Part shown: positions 57,203-64,000 of the stretch, one piece after another | Position numbering within the stretch: position 1 is the stretch's first letter | How the letters are laid out: every line of letters starts with the position of its first letter | DNA from: Eledone cirrhosa | Taxonomy: Eukaryota | DNA: 64,000 nucleotides | Direction of reading: 5' to 3' | NCBI GenBank assembly: GCA_964016885.1 | Contig: OZ024747.1 | Location: 50,716,001-50,780,000 of the forward strand | The notes under the pieces: generated by a model | Told to the model about the DNA's origin: nothing | What the model saw: the letters and a program-made list of their open reading frames with translations, nothing else | Databases searched by the model: none | Position numbers and translations under genes: made by a program

Positions 57203-60200
57203 GTTGGAGGTAGTGGTGTTGGAGGTAGTGGTGTTGGAGGTAGTGGTGTTGGAGGTAGTGGTGTTGGAGGTAGTGGTGTTGGAGGTAGTGGTGTTGGAGG
57301 TAGTGGTGTTGGAGGTAGTGGTGTTGGAGGTAGTGGTGTTGGAGGTAGTGGTGTTGGAGGTAGTGGTGTTGGGGGTAGTGGTGTTGGAGGTAGTGGTGTT
57401 GGGGGTAGTGGTGTTGGAGGTAGTGGTGTTGGAGGTAGTGGTGTTGGGGGTACTGGTGTTGGAGGTAGTGGTGTTGGAGGTAGTGGTGTTGGAGGTAGTG
57501 GTGTTGGAGGTAGTGGTGTTGGGGGTACTGGTGTTGGAGGTAGTGGTGTTGGAGGTAGTGGTGTTGGAGGTAGTGGTGTTGGAGGTAGTGGTGTTGGGGG
57601 TAGTGGTGTTGGAGGTAGTGGTGTTGGGGGTAGTGGTGTTGGAGGTAGTGGTGTTGGAGGTAGTGGTGTTGGGGGTACTGGTGTTGGAGGTAGTGGTGTT
57701 GGAGGTAGTGGTGTTGGAGGTAGTGGTGTTGGAGGTAGTGGTGTTGGGGGTAGTGGTGTTGGAGGTAGTGGTGTTGGAGGTAGTGGTGTTGGGGGTACTG
57801 GTGTTGGAGGTAGTGGTGTTGGAGGTAGTGGTGTTGGAGGTAGTGGTGTTGGAGGTAGTGGTGTTGGGGGTAGTGGTGTTGGAGGTAGTGGTGTTGGGGG
57901 TAGTGGTGTTGGAGGTAGTGGTGTTGGAGGTAGTGGTGTTGGGGGTACTGGTGTTGGAGGTAGTGGTGTTGGAGGTAGTGGTGTTGGAGGTAGTGGTGTT
58001 GGAGGTAGTGGTGTTGGGGGTAGTGGTGTTGGAGGTAGTGGTGTTGGGGGTAGTGGTGTTGGAGGTAGTGGTGTTGGAGGTAGTGGTGTTGGGGGTACTG
58101 GTGTTGGAGGTAGTGGTGTTGGAGGTAGTGGTGTTGGAGGTAGTGGTGTTGGAGGTAGTGGTGTTGGGGGTAGTGGTGTTGGAGGTAGTGGTGTTGGAGG
58201 TAGTGCTTTTGGAGGTAGTGATGGTGAACGTAGTGGTGTTGGAGGTAGTGGTGTTGGAGGTTGTGGTGTTGGAGGTAGTGGTGTTGGAGGTAGTGGTGTT
58301 GGAGGTAGTGCTGTTGGAGGTAGTGGTGTTGGAGGTAGTGGTGTTGGAGGTAGTTGTGTTGGAGGTAGTGTTGATGGATATAGTGGTGTTGGAGGTAGTG
58401 GTGTTGGAGGTAGTGGTGTTGGAGGTAGTGGTGTTGGAGGTAGTGGTGTTGGAGGTAGTGGTGTTGGAGGTAGTTGTGTTGGAGGTAGTTGTGTTGGAGG
58501 TAGTGCTTTTGGAGGTAGTGTTGTTGGAGGTAGTGGTGTTGGAGGTAGTTGTGTTGGAGGTAGTGTTGATGGATATAGTGGTGTTGGAGGTAGTGGCGTT
58601 GGAGGTAGTGGTGTTGGAGGTAGTGGTGTTGGAGGTAGTGGTGTTGGAGGTAGTGGTGTTGGAGGTAGTGGTGTTGGAGGTAGTGCTGTTGGAGGTAGTG
58701 GTGTTGGAGGTAGTGGTGTTGGAGGTAGTTGTGTTGGAGGTAGTGCTTTTGGAGGTAGTGTTGTTGGAGGTAGTGGTGTTGGAGGTAGTGGTGTTGGAGG
58801 TAGTGGTGTTGGAGGTAGTGGTGTTGGAGGTAGTTGTGTTGGAGGTAGTGGTGTTGGAGGTAGTGCTGTTGGAGGTAGTGGTGTTGGAGGTAGTGGTGTT
58901 GGAGGTAGTGGTGTTGGAGGTAGTGGTGTTGGAGGTAGTGCTGTTGGAGGTAGTGGTGTTGGAGGTAGTGGTGTTGGAGGTAGTTGTGTTGGAGGTAGTG
59001 TTGATGGATATAGTGGTGTTGGAGGTAGTGGTGTTGGAGGTAGTGGTGTTGGAGGTAGTGGTGTTGGAGGTAGTGGTGTTGGAGGTAGTTGTGTTGGAGG
59101 TAGTGTTGATGGATATAGTGGTGTTGGAGGTAGTGTTGATGGATATAGTGGTGTTGGAGGTAGTGGTGTTGGAGGTAGTGGTGTTAGTGGTAGTGGTTTT
59201 GGAGGTAGTGGTGTTGGAGGTAGTGCTGTTGGATGTAGTGGTGTTGGAGGTAGTGCTGTTGGAGGTAGTGGTGTTGGAGGTAGTGGTGTTGGAGGTAGTG
59301 GTGTTGGAGGTAGTGGTGTTGTAGGTAGTGCTGTTGGAGATAGTGGTGTTGGAGGTAGTGGTGTTGGAGGTAGTGGTGTTGGAGGTAGTGCTGTTGGAGC
59401 TAGTGGTGTTGGAGGTAGTGGTGTTGGAGGTTGTGGTGTTGGAATAGTGGTGTTGGAGGTAGTGGTGTTTGAGGTAGTGGTGTTGGAGGTAGTGCTGTTT
59501 GAGGTAGTGGTGTTGGAGGTAGTGGTGTTGGAGGTAGTGGTGTTGGAGGTAGTGGTATTGGAGGTAGTGGTGTTGGAGGTAGTGGTGTTGGAGGTAGTGG
59601 TGTTGGAGGTAGTGGTGTTGGAGGTAGTGGTGTTGGAGGTACTGGTGCTGGAAGTAGTGGTGTTGGAGGTAGTGCTGTTGGAGGTAGTGGTGTTGGAGGT
59701 AGTGGTGTTGGAGGTAGTGGTGTTGGAGGTAGTAGTGTTGGAGGTAGTGGTGTTGGAGGTAGTGGTGTGGGAGGTAGTTGTGTTGGTGGTAGTGGTGTTG
59801 GAGGTAGTGGTGCTGGAGGTAGTGGTGTTGGAGGTAGTGGTGTTGGAGGTAGTGGTGTTGGAGGTAGTGGTGTTGGAGGTAGTGGTGTTGGAGATAGTGG
59901 TTTTGGAGGTAGTGGTGTTGGAGGTAGTGGTGTTGGAGGTAGTGGTGTTGGAGGTAGTGGTGTTGGAGGTAGTGCTGTTGGAGGTAGTGGTGTTCGAGGT
60001 AGTGGTGTTGGAGGTAGTGGTGTTGGAGGTAGTGGTGTTGGAGGTAGTGCTGTTGGAGGTAGTGGTGTTGGAGGTAGGGGTGCTGGAGGTAGTGATGGTG
60101 GAGGTAGTGGTGTTGGAGGTAGTGGTGTTTGAGGTAGTGGTGTTGGAGGTAGTTGTGTTGGTGGTAGTGGTGTTGGAGGTAGTGGTGTTGGAGGTAGTGG

Positions 60201-63200
60201 TGTTGGAGGTAGTGATGTTGGAGGTAGTAGTGTTGGAGGTAGTGGTGTTGGAGGTAGTGGTGTTGGAGGTAGTGGTGTTGGAGGTAGTGGTGTTGGAGGT
60301 AGTGGTGTTGGAGGTAGTGGTGTTGGAGGTAGTGATGTTGCAGGTAGTGGTGTTGGAGGTAGTGGTGTTGGAGGTAGTGGTGTTGGAGGTAGTGCTGATG
60401 GAGGTAGTGGTGTTGGAGGTAGTGGTGTTGGAGGTAGTGGGGTTGGAGGTAGTGGTGTTGGAGGTAGTAGTGTTGGAGGTAGTGCTGTTGGAGGTAGTGA
60501 TGTTGGAGGTTGTGGTGTTGGAGGTAGTGGTGTTGGAGGTAGTGATGTTGCAGGTAGTGGTATTAGAGGTAGTGGTATTAGAGGTAGTGGTGTTGGAGGT
60601 AGTTGTGTTGGAGGTAGTGGTGTTGGAGGTAGTGCTGTTGGAGGTAGTGGTGTTGGAGGTAGTGCTGTTGGAGGTAGTGGTGCTGGAGGTAGTTGTGTTG
60701 GAGTTAGTGGTGTTGGAGGTAGTGGTGTTGGAGGTAGTGGTGTTGGAGATAGTGGTGTTGGAGATAGTGATGTTGGAGGTAGTGGTGTTGGAGGTAGTGG
60801 TGTTGGAGGTAGTGGGGTTGGAGGTAGTGGTGTTGGAGGTAGTGGTGTTGGAGGTAGTGGTGTTAGTGGAAGTGATGTTGGAGGTAGTGGTGTTGGAGGT
60901 AGTGGATTTGGAGGTAGTGGTGTTGGAGATAGTGATGTTGGAGGTAGTGGTGTTGGAGATAGTGATGTTGGAGGTAGTGGTGTTGGAGGTAGTGGTGTTG
61001 GAGGTAGTGGTGTTGGAGGTAGTGCTGTTGGAGGTAGTGGTGTTGGAGGTAGTGGTGTTGGAGGTAGTGCTGTTGGAGGTAGTGGTGTTGGAGGTAGTGG
61101 TGTTGGAGGTAGTGGTGTTGGAGGTAGTGCTGTTGGAGGTAGTGATGTTGGAGGAAGTGCTGTTGGAGGTAGTGGTGTTGGAGGTAGTGGTGTTGGAGGT
61201 AGTGCTGTTGGAGGTATTGGTGTTGGAGGTAGTGGTGTTGGAGGTACTGGTGCTGGAGGTAGTGTTGTTGGAGGTAGTGGTGTTGGAGGTAGTGGTGTTG
61301 GAGGTAGTGGTGTTGGAGGTAGTGGTGTTGGAGGTAGTGGTGTTGGAGGTAGTGCTGTTGGAGGTACTGGTGCTGGAGGTATTGGTGTTGGAGGTAGTGG
61401 TGTTGGAGGTACTGGTGCTGGAGGTAGTGGTGTTGGAGGTAGTGGTGTTGGAGTTAGTGATGTTGGAGGTAGTGATGTTGGAGGTAGTGATGTTGGAGGT
61501 AGTGATGTTGGAGGCTGTGGTGTTGGAGGTAGTGGTGTTGGAGGTAGTGGTGTTGGAGGTTGTGCTGTTGTAGGTTGTGGTGTTGGAGGTAGTAGTGTTG
61601 GAGGTAGTGGTGTTGGAGGTAGTGGTGTTGGAGGTAGTGCTGTTGGAGGTTGTGGTGTTGGAGTTAGTGGTGTTGGAGGTAGTGATATTGGAGGAAGTGA
61701 TGTTGGAGTTAGTGATGTTGGAGGTTGTGGTGTTGGAGGTAGTAGTGTTGGAGGTAGTGGTGTTGGAGTTAGTGGTGTTGGAGGTAGTGGTGTTGGAGGT
61801 TGTGGTGCTGGAGGTAGTGGTGTTGGAGTTAGTGGTGTTGGAGGTAGTGATGTTGGAGGTAGTGCTGTTGGAGGTAGTGCTGTTGGAGGTAGTGGTGTTG
61901 GAGGTAGTGGTGTTGGAGGTAGTGCTGTTGGAGGTAGTAGTGTTGGAGTTAGTGGTGTTGGAGGTAGTGATATTGGAGGTAGTGATGTTGGAGTTAGTGA
62001 TGTTGGAGGTTGTGGTGTTGGAGGTAGTAGTGTTGGATGTAGTGGTGTTGGAGTTAGTGGTGTTGGAGGTAGTGGTGTTGGAGGTTGTGGTGCTGGAGGT
62101 AGTGGTGTTGGAGTTAGTGGTGTTGGAGGTAGTGATGTTGGAGGTAGTGCTGTTGGAGGTAGTGCTGTCGGAGGTAGTGGTGTTGGAGGTAGTGGTGTTG
62201 GAGGTAGTGATGTTGGAGGTTGTGGTGCTGGAGGTAGTGGTGTTGGGGTTAGTGGTGTTGGAGGTAGTGATGTTGGAGGTAGTGCTGTTGGAGGTAGTGG
62301 TCTTGGAGGTAGTGATGTTGCAGGTAGTGGTATTAGAGGTAGTGGTATTAGAGGTAGTGGTGTTGGAGGTAGTGATGTTGGAGGTAGTGATGTTGGAGGT
62401 AGTGGTGTTGGAGGTAGTGGTGTTGGAGGTAGTGGTGTTGGAGGTTGTGGTGTTGGAGGTAGTGCTGTTGGAGGTAGTTATGTTGGAGGTAGTGGTGTTG
62501 GAGGTAGTGCTGTTGGAGGTAGTGATGTTAGAGGTAGTGGTGTTGGAGGTAGTGCTGTTGGAGGTAGTGGAGTTGGAGGTAGTGGTGTTGGAGGTAGTAG
62601 TGTTGGAGGTAGTGCTGTTGGAGGTAGTGGTGTTGGAGGTTGTGATGTTGCAGGTAGTGGTATTAGAGATAGTGGTATTAGAGGTAGTGGTGTTGGAGGT
62701 AGTGCTGTTGAAGGTAGTGGTGCTGGAGGTAGTGGTGTTGGAGGTAGTGGTGTTGGAGGTAGTGATGTTGCAGGTAGTGGTATTAGAGATAGTGGTATTA
62801 GAGGTAGTGGTGTTGGAGGTAGTGCTGTTGAAGGTAGTGGTGCTGGAGGTAGTGGTGTTGGAGGTAGTGGTGTTGGAGGTAGTGGTGTTTGAGGTAGTGG
62901 TGTTGGAGGTAGTGCTGTTGGAGGTAGTGGTGTTGGAGGTAGTGGTGTTGGAGGTAGTGGTGTTGGAGGTTGTGCTGTTGGAGGTAGTGGTGCTGGAGGT
63001 AGTTGTGTTGGAGGTAGTGGTGTTGGAGGTAGTGGTGCTGGAGGTAGTTGTGTTGGAGGTAGTAGCGTTGGAGGTAGTGGTGTTGGAGGTAGTGGTGTTG
63101 GAGGTAGTGGTGTTGGAGGTAGTGCTGTTGGAGGTAGTGAAGTTGGAAGTAGTGGTGTTGGAGGTAGTGCTGTTGGAGGTAGTTGTGTTGGAGGTAGTGG

Positions 63201-64000
63201 TGTTGGAGGTAGTGCTGTTGGAGGTAGTGCTGTTGGAAGTAGTGATATTTGAGGTTGTGGTGTTGGAAGTAGTGGTGTTGGAGGTAGTGGTGTTGGAGGT
63301 AGTGGTGCTGGAGGTAGTTGTGTTGGAGGTAGTGATGTTGGAGGTAGTGGTGTTGGAGGTAGTGGTGTTGGAGGTAGTGATGTTGGAGGTAGTGGTGTTG
63401 GAGATAGTGGTGTTGGAGGTAGTGGTGTTGGAGGTAGTGGTGTTGGAGGTAGTGGTGTTGGAGGTAGTGGTGTTTGAGGTAGTGGTGTTGGAGGTAGTGG
63501 TGTTGGAGGTAGTGATGGTGGAGGTAGTGGTGTTGGAGGTAGTGGTGTTGGAGGTAGTTGTGTTGGAGGTAGTGATGTTGGAGGTAGTGGTGTTGGAGGT
63601 AGTGGTGTTGGAGGTAGTGATGTTGGAGGTAGTGGTGTTGGAGGTAGTGGTGTTGGAGGTAGTGGTGTTGGAGGTAGTGGTGTTGTAGGTAGTGATGGTG
63701 GAGGTAGTGGTGTTGGAGGTAGTGGTGTTGGAGGTAGTGGTGTTTGAGGTAGTGGTGTTGGAGGTAGTGGTGTTAGTGGTTGTGGTGTTGGAGGTAGTGG
63801 TCTTGGAGGTAGTGGTGTTGGAGGTAGTAGTGTTGGAGGTAGTGGTGTTGGAGGTAGTGGTGTTGTAGGTAGTGATGGTGGAGGTAGTGGTGTTGGAGGT
63901 AGTGGTGTTGGAGGTAGTGTTGTTGGAGGTAGTGGTGTTGGAGGTAGTGCTTTTGGAGGTAGTGATGGTGGAGGTAGTGGTGTTGGAGGTAGTGGTGTTG
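57203..64000. repeat. 15-bp minisatellite GTTGGAGGTAGTGGT, about 450 copies, continuing past the window end
   Basis: Phase conserved throughout except a single 1-bp deletion near 59444; higher-order variant patterns. Confidence 0.97.

Noticed and set aside
57189-63688. Three ~700-aa plus-strand (EVVVL)n ORFs
   Set aside because: By-product of a 15-bp repeat; broken by TAG codons and implausible as protein. The minus frame is the only plausible one.

Overview
AT-rich, microsatellite-saturated eukaryotic DNA. The SINE sequences and (TA)n/(CA)n density suggest an invertebrate, most likely a cephalopod such as Octopus (inference). No intact host gene can be shown. 1-9.3 kb holds a head-to-tail cluster of three Tx1/L1-clade non-LTR retrotransposons, each ending in AATAAA plus (TATC)n. 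12-54 kb is a mosaic of Penelope-like element (PLE) remnants (RT and GIY-YIG fragments) sitting in (TA)n tracts, tRNA-derived SINEs, RTE and CRE-like fragments and a non-autonomous Helitron. By hand I can fold about 16 type I hammerhead ribozyme (HHR) motifs from about 8 sequence families. Most have a non-canonical pair (U.U, C.A, A.C or G.U) at the base of stem II. One family forms a non-coding 526-nt HHR-to-HHR tandem unit (retrozyme/circRNA-like) nested inside a ~4 kb inverted repeat. The last 7.7 kb is two 15-bp minisatellites whose minus strand reads as (TTTSN)n joined in frame to (TTLLP)n, a possible mucin-like frame. All folds and translations are manual and untested.
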